Of a DNA stretch of 64,000 bases, positions 18,267-28,214 are shown in pieces. Each line of letters opens with the position of its first letter. Within the stretch, counting starts at the first letter, position 1. Both the position numbers and the translations under genes were made by a program. The notes below the pieces were generated by a model. That model did not search any database, was not told the DNA's origin, and saw only the letters and a list, made by a program, of their open reading frames with translations. This DNA is from Candidatus Kapaibacterium sp. (lineage in GTDB: Bacteria; Bacteroidota; Ignavibacteria; Kapaibacteriales; UBA2268). The DNA is taken from the NCBI GenBank assembly GCA_026418625.1, contig JAOABA010000040.1:51978-115977 (forward strand). The letters run 5' to 3'.

Positions 18267-19619
18267 ATGTATATGAAAGCATTAATTATTATATCCTTCA
18301 TAATAGTTTACGGATTTGTTAGTTGCACTAATAAAAATCCTGAGCAGACAGAAAAAAATAAAACCACCGAAACAACTCAAAAGACAAACGAAGGTAAAGG
18401 TGGTGGTGCAAATGAGGCAGAAAAAGAGGCTACAAAAGTTCAAGATGTGAACCCAGAGATGTATTCTGATGTTACTCATTATAAACCTTATGAGTTGAAA
18501 GAAGACGGTCTCTATATCTACTATGACGGTCCTAAGTTGTCTGATAAAGTTGACAAAAAATGCGAAAGTGTAAAATTAAAAAATTACAAATACCAGCCTG
18601 TTCCCTCCCAAAGAACTAATATTAAAACTGATGAAATGAAAACTTGGCAGTATTGTCAAGTTATTAGAGAATGTGAATCGAATTTGGGTAAGCCCTCATT
18701 AAGGGAATTGGGCTATGAGCGACATAAAGAAAGAGAAATCAAGCCAGAAGATAACCGTTTTGGGCAAGTGATTACTAAAAAGGAAAAATGGACGGAAAAT
18801 GAAAGAAGAATCAAGCAGGAAATCTTTATTAACTATATTGACTCTGATAAGTTTATGAAAATGAGTCGTCAGGAATTTTTGGAAAATGGAGTAGTAATCA
18901 TAGGGAAGCGTATAAGTAGAGTTGTTGTAAAAAAATCTCCAACATTACCTTTCTTTTACACCCCAACAAGGATTCCTGTTAGCTTCACCGTTAAGAATTA
19001 TAATTGTGACGGGTTAGTAAACACAAATGAATATGGTCTTGTCCAGCTCGGTGATTTTAAGCGAATTGACCTGAAAGAAAATATATTTGAATTTATTCAG
19101 GAAGAACCGCTACCCGGTAATGCGAGTTATTTGAGCGATTTACAGATGAAAAGTCTTAGCGAATATATTCATCAGCTTATACCTCGACATCCTTATGATG
19201 GCACTGTTCATAAGAGTTTTTATTATCCACCGGGTTACTATTTCATAGAATATTATAACGGCGATCAGCTTTATGACTATCTATGTATTCAGTTGATCAG
19301 TGCTCCATATCCTCCTCCTGCACCAGTTAAGCCTCTTAGCTTTAATAAACCGGCACCCCCTGATTCACCTGTCAGCGAAAAAGGCTGGGCTCTAATTTTA
19401 GGGAAATTTAATACATTAGGAGAAGCAAGTAATTTTATTAAAATGAAAGATCCTTATCCTCTTGTTGTTTTGTCATCGAAAGATGGAAAATATTATGCAG
19501 GAAGGATGTTTTATGATAAAAATGCTGCAGAAATGGAAAAGAAACGAATCTTAAATACTGGTGTTTCAAGACAAGCTTGGATACTCGATATTCAGGAAAT
19601 CCAATTTAACGTACCATAA
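18267..19619 (+). CDS. Lipoprotein with C-terminal SPOR-like domain
   Basis: Lipobox-like ..YGFVSC.. after a hydrophobic leader. The C-terminus KGWALILGKFNTLGEASNFIK..VVLSSKDGKYYAGRMFYDKNAAE.. follows the SPOR pattern. A Pro-rich linker precedes it. Confidence 0.5.
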   Translation: MYMKALIIISFIIVYGFVSCTNKNPEQTEKNKTTETTQKTNEGKGGGANEAEKEATKVQDVNPEMYSDVTHYKPYELKEDGLYIYYDGPKLSDKVDKKCESVKLKNYKYQPVPSQRTNIKTDEMKTWQYCQVIRECESNLGKPSLRELGYERHKEREIKPEDNRFGQVITKKEKWTENERRIKQEIFINYIDSDKFMKMSRQEFLENGVVIIGKRISRVVVKKSPTLPFFYTPTRIPVSFTVKNYNCDGLVNTNEYGLVQLGDFKRIDLKENIFEFIQEEPLPGNASYLSDLQMKSLSEYIHQLIPRHPYDGTVHKSFYYPPGYYFIEYYNGDQLYDYLCIQLISAPYPPPAPVKPLSFNKPAPPDSPVSEKGWALILGKFNTLGEASNFIKMKDPYPLVVLSSKDGKYYAGRMFYDKNAAEMEKKRILNTGVSRQAWILDIQEIQFNVP

Positions 19620-19642
19620 AGAATACAACTTTTGATTAATAA

Positions 19643-19679
19643 AGCGAGGGAAATTAAATTTTCCTTCGCTTTTTTTTTC
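19643..19679 (+). terminator. Intrinsic terminator
   Basis: AGCGAGGGAAA-ttaaa-TTTTCCTTCGCT hairpin followed by T8, 24 nt after the stop. Confidence 0.6.
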
Positions 19680-19720
19680 TTAAGGTTAATTATATTTGCT
19701 TTTTTTTGTAAGGGCTGTTT

Positions 19721-20743
19721 ATGAGGAAAGTTTTTTTAATTGTAACATTGATGATTTTCTCTGCTTTATTCTCTTTTTCTCAGGATATGACTACTATTTA
19801 TTCAAATCTTGATATAATTAACAACAAAATATATAATCTTAGCCAGAGAGTTACAAAGTTGTCAAACTCTATTGAATCAGTTCGTTCTTCAAATGTGAAA
19901 TCCATAGATAAACTCAAAAAGGATTTCGAGGAAATTTTAATTGATTTTAATGAAATAAGGATTCTCTCTCAAAGTATGGAATCTGTTTGTTCAAGAATGA
20001 TCGAAATAAACGACACCTTACGAAATGAAATAAAAGATGTTAGAAAGGAAAATGATGCACTATTAGCCGCACAAAGAGTTTTAAGGACTCAAACAAAAGT
20101 GCTTGGGGAGCAGATAGAGTATCTGAATATAAAATTTAATCAAGTCCCACCAATCTTTTTTTGCGAAGACTGTCCTCCGAAATTTTCCATCGGCGCCTCG
20201 GCAAAATATTATCCATCACTCAATGTAACTAACATAAGAACTTATGCATCACCATCAATGGGTATTAGTTACAAAGTTAGCTCAAAATATGGGTTCTGGC
20301 TTGATTATACATCTCCATTTATTATTTCTTTATCGGACTATTCACTACAATATAATACAGAAGTTAGTGATCAATGGACTGCCCACATTATATCATCGGG
20401 ATTTTTTTACCATTTAAATGATTTAATACGAAAACCTATAATTTATACTCTGGGTTTTGGTGTGTTTTATGGCGAAGCTGATTACGACAGGTATTTTACA
20501 AATGATATCGGTATAGAAAGAGGAGACATTTCTGGGTTTTCAGGTTATGGAGTATTATTTTTAATTGAAGCTTCTTATAACGAATTTATTAATAAGTTTC
20601 CGATGGAGCTTTTTGTTAACTTTACAGGAAATTTATTCCAAAAAAAAATCAAATTAAATACAGGTATAGGTCAGCCGCACGATTTGGGTTTGTTCCTTGT
20701 TTCTGCATCTATCGGTGTTCGTTTTAATTTTTGGGGAAAATAA
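19721..20743 (+). CDS. Hypothetical secreted protein (signal peptide, N-terminal coiled coil, beta-rich C-terminal half)
   Basis: Signal peptide MRKVFLIVTLMIFSALFSFSQ. The first ~130 residues are heptad-like. The C-terminal half is aromatic-rich. Confidence 0.4.
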   Translation: MRKVFLIVTLMIFSALFSFSQDMTTIYSNLDIINNKIYNLSQRVTKLSNSIESVRSSNVKSIDKLKKDFEEILIDFNEIRILSQSMESVCSRMIEINDTLRNEIKDVRKENDALLAAQRVLRTQTKVLGEQIEYLNIKFNQVPPIFFCEDCPPKFSIGASAKYYPSLNVTNIRTYASPSMGISYKVSSKYGFWLDYTSPFIISLSDYSLQYNTEVSDQWTAHIISSGFFYHLNDLIRKPIIYTLGFGVFYGEADYDRYFTNDIGIERGDISGFSGYGVLFLIEASYNEFINKFPMELFVNFTGNLFQKKIKLNTGIGQPHDLGLFLVSASIGVRFNFWGK

Positions 20744-20747
20744 AAAA

Positions 20748-20774
20748 AGCCGGCTCTTGAGTTTAGAACCGGCT
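20748..20774. terminator. Possible bidirectional terminator between convergent genes
   Basis: AGCCGG..(15 nt)..CCGGCT hairpin, flanked by an A-run on the left and T-containing sequence on the right. Confidence 0.4.
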
Positions 20775-20795
20775 TAGTAATTTAAAGCGATTTTA

Positions 20796-23700
20796 CTATT
20801 TAACTATTACCATTGGCTTTGTAGCGGATTTTTCCCCTAATGTGATAGTATAATAGTAAACCCCAGCGCTCAAGTTAATTTCACTTGGATTAAATTTGAT
20901 TTCATTGTAGCCTACTTTTGATAAACCATTAAACAAAGTCTGAATTTCTCGACCCATTAAATCCCTGAGAACGATTTTGGTTAAGACTTCATCATTTGTA
21001 TTGAAGAAAATAGTTGTTGCACCACTTGTTGGATTGGGTGTATTGCCAAAATCGAGAGAAGATTGGTTTTCATCAACTGAGGTAACAATGAAGGTTGTGA
21101 TTGCAACCGTGCATTCCTTTGAAGTCAAGGTTCCGCATTCGTTTGTTGCTACACACTTATATACTCCTGCATCAACGAAGGCAGAATTCGGGATTAAAAG
21201 TGTGTTTTCGGTGAAGTTAGGTAACAAATTACCGTTTTTAAACCATTGATAGGTAATCGGAGCTTCGCCAACAACTTCGAAGACAAGTTTTAATTCGTCA
21301 CCTACTTTAACGCTCAGATTTTCTGGCAACTGGGTCAAATAGAACAAATTCTGCTTGATATCGAGAGAAACATTGTCAGAATTGATGGTAATATTATATG
21401 GATGCAAGGTAATTCTGACAAAATAGTCATCACCTTCGTCATCAATTGTAACATTTTTAATTGTTAAAGTCTTTGATTTTGATCCACTATATTTTTGGCC
21501 ATCGGTTAGTGGATTAGAACCTCTAAACCACTGATAAGTTATATTTGCACCACCAAAAGCAATTGCATCAACTGAGAAACTAATATCTTTATATTCACAG
21601 CTAACAACGTTTTGTGGATTATTAAGGATTTTAATATCGGGAGTTTCTAGAGTGATATACTTCATAGAGTCAGCACCACAAAGACCCGTTACCATAACCC
21701 AATAATCATTGCCATAGTCAGATGGCTGCAAATCACGAATTGTAAGAATAGATGAATTAGCACCTGCTATTCTATCGTTGTCTCGGATTTTAGTATTACC
21801 ACGCCACCATTGAATATCATAATTTTTATTATCAATTAATTCAACGTGTGCTCTGACTTCGAATTGAGCAACATCTCCAAGTGGTTTATAAATTGTTGTT
21901 GGCTTGGAAATGATTTCTGTCTTTGAATGAACATAGATAAGAGCTTCATTCGAAATTATATCTCTAATGCCTTTACAATCCTCAACATTAATAATGCAGC
22001 GATAAACACCAGAAGAAGCGAAATTGAGGTTGTTCAGGTAAAGTATTGGCGATTTGGCAGTTGGAAAACGATCAACTGTAAGATCAACTCCATCTTTTTG
22101 CCATTGATAGCTGAAAGTTTGGGCGTCGGTATAGGCAGTTAAAACGACATTAGCTCCAACACAAACCTGTTGGCTTTGCGGTTGGAATGTAAAAGATGCT
22201 TCAGGGAAAATTTTGATAGCAAATGTTTCTGATATAGCCTGAGATGGATTGCAATAGGGACTTCCGAAAATAATACATCTATAATTTCCTGATTCACTTG
22301 GATCAGCACCTTTAAATACTAATTTATTGCTTGTGGCTGATGGATATTTGTTTAAAGGTAAATCTTTCCAGCTACCTGTTTCTAACTTTTGCCACATATA
22401 GCCGAGGACTGTGCCATCGCTAGTAACAGAAATATCAAATTTATCTCCAACACAAACACTTGCTATATTAGTTGAAGCGTGATTTCTAACCCAAGTGATT
22501 GGATCGGAAACATTAACATAAGCAACGTTAGTAAATATCTCTCTTGGACCGCAGTTGCCGGGACCAATAATTTTTAATCTATAAGCTCCAGCAGCCTCTA
22601 AGGCATTTGCTAAAGTTAATTGTAATGTAGGAGAATTTTGACCGACGATATCATCAAAGGTTCCGGGTGATGCTTTTCTTTCTTTCTGCCATTGATAACC
22701 AAGAATAGTCCCAGCTCCACCACCTTGAAGAGTGAGCGATGGATCGTTGGAGCAAACCTCAGCACTATTCGGATGGCGAGTCACGCTCATAGCAGTTTCA
22801 ACTCTAATAAGCTTAACATCGGATTGAACCTGAGAACCGTCAAAAGTTGTAATAACATAATAATTTGCCGAATCTGACTGAACAACGGGGATAAAGGATA
22901 AGGACGTTCTTGTATCAAATCTCTGATTGTTTTTATACCAATCATAGGTAAATACAGGATTGACAGATCTTTTAACTCCATCCACAAAACCTTTTACTTC
23001 AGGTTCAAAACTAAGAACAACATTTGATGAGTTTGAGCAGTAAACTGGTAAATTAGGAGTAGCGGTTATGTTCGTTTTAATGCCAAGAATGGAATTTACT
23101 TCATCTGCGCCTACATAGCAGTTTGTTGTTCGTCTGTTTTCTAAGTCAATATCGTTTCCAATTCCTAATGCAGGTGCATAAAAGTCTGAATGACCGACAT
23201 TATCACCATCTAAATGTAAATCGTTGTTTGCAACAAAAGTTACTGTTCTAACCTTTGTATTGGTATTGCGTCCATATATAGATCTTAAAGTAGCTAAGTC
23301 AGATATATCAGTTGGTGGGGATGTTGTATTATATCCAGCTAAAATACCATAGCTACCATAAGCATAATGAACATTATAATCCATATTATTAAATTGTCCA
23401 GAGGGACTTGCATTATAAACATACACAGTGTAAGACTTAGTTCCCGAGATATTAGATGATAATCCATTAGCAAAAATGTTATTTCTTAAATCGATACTTG
23501 TTACAGATGAAGATGTAACCAGAAAACAAGCTGTTAAAGATGCAGCTGAACCAACGTTATCTTGAGTTCCATATAAGTGAACTGTATTATGATATATCGA
23601 GAAGTATTGCCCACCAGTTAATCTTATTCCAAATGGGTTATAAGTTGTTGAACTATTTGAATAGTTCATAGTGGTTATATCCCAGATGAAATTATTATAG

Positions 23701-26700
23701 ATTTTTAAATAATATGTTGATGACGAAGCAACATTAATTCCAAAAGCCCCCCAACCGCCGGAATTAGGATTTTTAATAGCATAAATTTTATTACGATAAA
23801 TTTCGCAATAATAATTTGTTCCGCTTATTTCAATTGCAGAAATATTAGTTGAAGGTGCAACCCTCATATTGAATACTTCATTATCTCGTATATGAGCATA
23901 ATCAGCATTTTGAACAAAAATACCTCTGATATTTATATAATCTGACGCAGTGTTTGAGCCAATAATATTTCTTGAGATAACTAAGTTATCAGTTCTTACA
24001 CTGGCATTTCCACCGACATAAATACCATAATATGCTCTTGTGATAACATTATTATCAATCGTTAGGTTATCGTTATCATTTCCTGCTCCAGATGTGCTTA
24101 TAGCATTATCAGCAACATATATTGCAAAATTTGTCGTTGTATTAGATCCTGTTGAAATATTACAATTTTTTATTGTATTATTATTTGCACCTCCTGTGAA
24201 ACTTGCAACGTGTATTGTAGCGATGCTTGAGGAAGTTGAAGTATTAATAAAAGTAAGATATCTTCCTGCATTATTGAAACTACCATCAATTGTAACCCTA
24301 TCAGCACCTTCGAGCCTAATCAGAGATGTTGAGGAGCTACCAGAGATAGTAAAATTCGTTGCTGAGACGGGTCTGATAGTTATTGTATAAGGATTTCCTC
24401 CTTCGGCAGCTATTTCTTTTAATCCAACAGCTCCAGTTTCGTCTGTGATGCTTGAAGTAATCAATATTGTTACGTTGCCTGTTAAAACTGCATTATTCAT
24501 ATAAGCAAAGAGTCCATCAGTTTTTGTAAGGGATTTATAAGTTTCAGATGAGCCGACCCGAATAGTTCCAGATATTGAAGGTGAAATTCTATAGGATAGA
24601 ATTGTTCCAGTAATTGGAAAAGCAGACGTTCCTAAATCAACATTTGAAGGTTTGGAATTGAATTTTCCACTGTTTATTCCTACATTTGGGGGTGAAACAA
24701 GATCCTGTGCAACAATAAAGTATTGGATTTCATCATTTGCCTGAACAGAGCCACCTTGCAATTTTGAGTAATCAATTGTAAACGAGAACATATCTCCTGA
24801 ATTTGTCCCTACTACGTATTTCCAGCCGTTATTTGCTGAGGTATTACCAGTGTAAGTATTTGCATCGGTAGATTTTTTATAATAAAGCCTTGGTGCATAG
24901 GTTGTAGTATTAACTCCAGAGTTATCTGTGATACGTGCGAAATTGTTCAGGACTCTGTTGGAAGTTGACGTTGTATTTGCAAGAGGTGTAAATTCAATCC
25001 TTGGAGGAGCAAATTCACCAGATTGTTCATAGGCACCTACTGTTGGTGCTGTAGTTGAACGATTTGCGTTCAGAAAATCACGAGGAACTTCGGTTAATGG
25101 GGTTCCAGCTCCTACCAGAGGAGAACCCGGCAAGGGAATCAAGAAATCATCAGCATTATAGTTAGGATTTGACGAAAACGAGTTTGCATCCTGTGATGTT
25201 GCACTTCGCCAAGCTGCTATTGTTGTTCTGTTACCGCCTAAATAGCCCAAGACACCGTATGTTCCTGAGGCATAATAATCATTATAATTAATTGTGGTAT
25301 TTGTCAGATTAGTGGTTCCATATAAATATATTGCATAAGATTGTGAGCCTGTTAAACCTACCAAACTATTACTAAAAACATTATTTCTAATATCAAATGC
25401 ATTTGATGAACTACCAGAAATACAGAAAGCTGCTGATAAAGTTCCCGAAGTATTAGAGCCTTCCTGTTGACCATAAAGATTAATGCTATTGTGCCATATT
25501 TTATGTCCCAAACCACTCGCAATGAGAATACCAAAAGGATTATAAACCAAGGAGGTAGATGAGTAGTTTGTTGAAGTCATCTTATAAATCACATTGTTTC
25601 TGAGTGTATCATAATTCCCTGCAGTTGAAGTAGAACCAGCCATATAGATACCTACTGCCGCATAACCGCCTGTAGAAGTTGATTTTAATGAATTAATTAA
25701 ATTTCTTTCATATAAAGTATAAGCGGAATAACTGTATATTCCATACATAGTGTAAAGTGCTGTTATGTTTTGAATTGTATTAAGATAAATTCTTGAAGTG
25801 TCACAATAATAGTGATACATTGCATAGCAAGTTCCGTTGACATTCAAATTTTGAACAATATTATTATAAACTAATGTTTTATTAGAATAATAATTGTATA
25901 ATGCATAAACAGTAGAAGCAGAGGTTATATTGTCAAAAGTATTATCATAAATTTCTGTATAACTACCATAGTAGTTGTAAATGCCATAAAATGAGCTTGC
26001 TGCTGTAAGATTTGTAGCAGAATTACCGTAAATTTTTGCATTAGTTCCATAATAAGAGTATAAATAATATAGCACTGACCCAGTAGTATGATTATTCAAG
26101 TAATTGTTAGAAACAGTGAACCCGTCAGCATAGTATATATACATAAAATAGTACATTATACTGCCTGTTGCAGTGTTATAACTAATTTCAAAATTCTTGT
26201 TTTTCCCTGTTATAGCTGTGCCTGTTCCATAAATTCTGATGGCATAATAAACATTACTGAAATTATTATATAGGAAACGGTTATTATCCATTCCAACGCC
26301 ACCTGTGCTTAAAGAGGCACTCGAACCACAGGTTATACCCCAAGAAGATGAAACATTTGAACCAACAATATTACAATTTCTAATTGTATTGTTCTTTGCA
26401 CCATTTGCAATAGTTGAGGTTGTATTGCTATCAAGCCAAATAACAGTAGATGTTGAAGTATAAGTGTTTTGAATTGTCAGAGCATTTGTTGAACCGCTTT
26501 GGTTAACTCTTCCATCAATTGTTACATTATCAGCTCCTCTTAGCTCTATTAGACCATTAGCTATACTTCCCGAAATTGTATAAGTTCCAGTAGGATAAAT
26601 TGTAACAGAATTATAATTTGCTGAACCAACGCCAGATGCTTGAAGAACGGCTGCTGAAGTTTCTGTTAAATTACTTCTAATTGTGATTACAATATCACCA

Positions 26701-26882
26701 GTATGTGTCCCTGCATTTATAGCATCAAAAGCAGCTTTTAAGGTCGAGTAATCGGTCGAACCTATTCTTGCTTGTGAATAAAGATTGCCAAATGATAAAG
26801 TTAATAGCGTTGACACAAAGAGAAAGAACCTGATGGTTCTTGATAAGTTGTTTATTGAATAAACAGTAGAACTATTGAACAT
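20796..26882 (-). CDS. Giant T9SS-secreted adhesin-like protein: two tandem parallel beta-helix modules, about 7-8 Ig (I-set-like) domains and a type-A T9SS C-terminal domain
   Basis: 2028 aa with a signal peptide. Beta-helix repeats include NNTIRNCNI / NNTIKNCNI. Ig signatures recur (YQWQK.G, YQWF(R/K).G.., G.Y(R/K)C(I/V)..N). The CTD is ..PNPTSG..GVYYYTITLGEKSATKPMVIVK. Confidence 0.75.
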   Translation of the reverse strand: MFNSSTVYSINNLSRTIRFFLFVSTLLTLSFGNLYSQARIGSTDYSTLKAAFDAINAGTHTGDIVITIRSNLTETSAAVLQASGVGSANYNSVTIYPTGTYTISGSIANGLIELRGADNVTIDGRVNQSGSTNALTIQNTYTSTSTVIWLDSNTTSTIANGAKNNTIRNCNIVGSNVSSSWGITCGSSASLSTGGVGMDNNRFLYNNFSNVYYAIRIYGTGTAITGKNKNFEISYNTATGSIMYYFMYIYYADGFTVSNNYLNNHTTGSVLYYLYSYYGTNAKIYGNSATNLTAASSFYGIYNYYGSYTEIYDNTFDNITSASTVYALYNYYSNKTLVYNNIVQNLNVNGTCYAMYHYYCDTSRIYLNTIQNITALYTMYGIYSYSAYTLYERNLINSLKSTSTGGYAAVGIYMAGSTSTAGNYDTLRNNVIYKMTSTNYSSTSLVYNPFGILIASGLGHKIWHNSINLYGQQEGSNTSGTLSAAFCISGSSSNAFDIRNNVFSNSLVGLTGSQSYAIYLYGTTNLTNTTINYNDYYASGTYGVLGYLGGNRTTIAAWRSATSQDANSFSSNPNYNADDFLIPLPGSPLVGAGTPLTEVPRDFLNANRSTTAPTVGAYEQSGEFAPPRIEFTPLANTTSTSNRVLNNFARITDNSGVNTTTYAPRLYYKKSTDANTYTGNTSANNGWKYVVGTNSGDMFSFTIDYSKLQGGSVQANDEIQYFIVAQDLVSPPNVGINSGKFNSKPSNVDLGTSAFPITGTILSYRISPSISGTIRVGSSETYKSLTKTDGLFAYMNNAVLTGNVTILITSSITDETGAVGLKEIAAEGGNPYTITIRPVSATNFTISGSSSTSLIRLEGADRVTIDGSFNNAGRYLTFINTSTSSSIATIHVASFTGGANNNTIKNCNISTGSNTTTNFAIYVADNAISTSGAGNDNDNLTIDNNVITRAYYGIYVGGNASVRTDNLVISRNIIGSNTASDYINIRGIFVQNADYAHIRDNEVFNMRVAPSTNISAIEISGTNYYCEIYRNKIYAIKNPNSGGWGAFGINVASSSTYYLKIYNNFIWDITTMNYSNSSTTYNPFGIRLTGGQYFSIYHNTVHLYGTQDNVGSAASLTACFLVTSSSVTSIDLRNNIFANGLSSNISGTKSYTVYVYNASPSGQFNNMDYNVHYAYGSYGILAGYNTTSPPTDISDLATLRSIYGRNTNTKVRTVTFVANNDLHLDGDNVGHSDFYAPALGIGNDIDLENRRTTNCYVGADEVNSILGIKTNITATPNLPVYCSNSSNVVLSFEPEVKGFVDGVKRSVNPVFTYDWYKNNQRFDTRTSLSFIPVVQSDSANYYVITTFDGSQVQSDVKLIRVETAMSVTRHPNSAEVCSNDPSLTLQGGGAGTILGYQWQKERKASPGTFDDIVGQNSPTLQLTLANALEAAGAYRLKIIGPGNCGPREIFTNVAYVNVSDPITWVRNHASTNIASVCVGDKFDISVTSDGTVLGYMWQKLETGSWKDLPLNKYPSATSNKLVFKGADPSESGNYRCIIFGSPYCNPSQAISETFAIKIFPEASFTFQPQSQQVCVGANVVLTAYTDAQTFSYQWQKDGVDLTVDRFPTAKSPILYLNNLNFASSGVYRCIINVEDCKGIRDIISNEALIYVHSKTEIISKPTTIYKPLGDVAQFEVRAHVELIDNKNYDIQWWRGNTKIRDNDRIAGANSSILTIRDLQPSDYGNDYWVMVTGLCGADSMKYITLETPDIKILNNPQNVVSCEYKDISFSVDAIAFGGANITYQWFRGSNPLTDGQKYSGSKSKTLTIKNVTIDDEGDDYFVRITLHPYNITINSDNVSLDIKQNLFYLTQLPENLSVKVGDELKLVFEVVGEAPITYQWFKNGNLLPNFTENTLLIPNSAFVDAGVYKCVATNECGTLTSKECTVAITTFIVTSVDENQSSLDFGNTPNPTSGATTIFFNTNDEVLTKIVLRDLMGREIQTLFNGLSKVGYNEIKFNPSEINLSAGVYYYTITLGEKSATKPMVIVK

Positions 26883-26972
26883 ATTTTAAACCCTTTTAAA
26901 TAATTAACTTATTGTTTCCTATAAATTTAAATATTTAAATTAATAATTTTTTTTTCTATTTCAAAAATTATT

Positions 26973-28127
26973 TCAAAAGTTAATATTTTTTGCAATTTCT
27001 CTTGCAATTACAATGTGTTGAATCTCGGATGTGCCTTCGTATATTTCGGTTACTTTGGCGTCTCTCATCATCCTTTCAACGTGATATTCTCTAACGTAGC
27101 CATAACCACCGTGAATTTGGACAGCATCTCTTGTGATTTCATTTGCAATTGTCGAAGCATAAAGTTTTGCGTGAGAGGCAGCCATTATGTTTGTATTACC
27201 CTGATCTTTGAGCCAGGCAGCTTTATATACAAGAAGTCTTGCAGCTTCGATTTTCATTGACATTTGAGCTAATTTTGCTTGGATTAATTGATGTTCAATC
27301 AAAAGTTTCCCAAAAGCCTTTCTTTGCTTTGCGTATCTGACAGATGCCTCGTAGGCTCCTTGTGCAATTCCAAGTGCTTGAGCAGCTATTCCTATTCTTC
27401 CGCCATTCAAGCCAGACATAGCGATATAAAAACCTTGTCCTATATCTCCGATGCGGTTTTCATCTGGTATTTTTACATTTGTAAGAGCAATTGAACAAGT
27501 ATCACTTGACCTCATTCCCATTTTATCCTCTTTTTTTGCAGGTTCAAAACCTTCAGTTCCCTTTTCGATGACAAAACAGGTAATTCCTTTGTGCCTTAGC
27601 TCTTCATTTGTTTGGGCAAAAAGAATATAGAGTCCGGCATTTTGGGCGGTTGATATCCAATTCTTCATACCATTCAAAATCCAATAGCCATCTTTGAACT
27701 CAGCCTTGGTTTTTTGATGTGTGGCATCCGAGCCAGCTTCGGGTTCACTTAGACAATAAGCTCCAATGATTTTGCCTTCGGCTAAATTTCTAAGGTATTT
27801 TTCTTTTTGTGATTCAGTCCCATAAGTTTCAATTATCCAGTTTACTAAAGAATTATGAACTGAAAAAATAATACCGATACTGGCATCAACCTTGCAAATT
27901 TCCTCTTGGGCTACAACGTAGCTAATTGTATCAAGGCCACTTCCACCCCATTCGGGTGAAACCATCATTCCCATAAATCCAAGTTCTGCCATTTTTTGAA
28001 TGATTTCTGTTGGGAATGTCCCGTTGATGTCTCTTTCAATTACAGAAGGGGCTATCTCTTCCAAAGCAAATTTTCTCGATGTTTCCTGAATTTGCTTTTG
28101 TATTTCGTTCAATTCAAAAGAAATCAT
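26973..28127 (-). CDS. Acyl-CoA dehydrogenase (short/butyryl-CoA type)
   Basis: 384 aa. Motifs ..CLSEPEAGSD.., ..GGRIGIAAQALGIA.., ..QIHGGYGY..EYHVER..RDAKVTEIYEGTSEIQ.. Confidence 0.9.
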   Translation of the reverse strand: MISFELNEIQKQIQETSRKFALEEIAPSVIERDINGTFPTEIIQKMAELGFMGMMVSPEWGGSGLDTISYVVAQEEICKVDASIGIIFSVHNSLVNWIIETYGTESQKEKYLRNLAEGKIIGAYCLSEPEAGSDATHQKTKAEFKDGYWILNGMKNWISTAQNAGLYILFAQTNEELRHKGITCFVIEKGTEGFEPAKKEDKMGMRSSDTCSIALTNVKIPDENRIGDIGQGFYIAMSGLNGGRIGIAAQALGIAQGAYEASVRYAKQRKAFGKLLIEHQLIQAKLAQMSMKIEAARLLVYKAAWLKDQGNTNIMAASHAKLYASTIANEITRDAVQIHGGYGYVREYHVERMMRDAKVTEIYEGTSEIQHIVIAREIAKNINF

Positions 28128-28214
28128 ATTTAACTCTTAATTTTAAACTTTAAACATTAAATTTTCGTTATTGACAAAATAATAAATTTTTGTAAATAAA
28201 ATGAAGATAATGAA

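Noticed and set aside
18208-18276. 22-codon upstream ORF (MIQIILLFLDLSVFVIDRQGCI*) whose TGA overlaps the second ATG of the lipoprotein gene
   Set aside because: The only SD-like sequence (AAGGAGG at 18183-18189) is 18 nt from its ATG, which is too far. The hydrophobic peptide can be explained by T-rich DNA. There is no further support.
24040-24390. Nested or antisense track ORFs inside long genes (for example 24040..24390, 8537..8854, 14262..14573, 12134..12433, 57145..57459, 46961..47251)
   Set aside because: All lie wholly within much longer, motif-supported ORFs on the opposite strand or in another frame. They are shadow ORFs of the kind expected in this composition.
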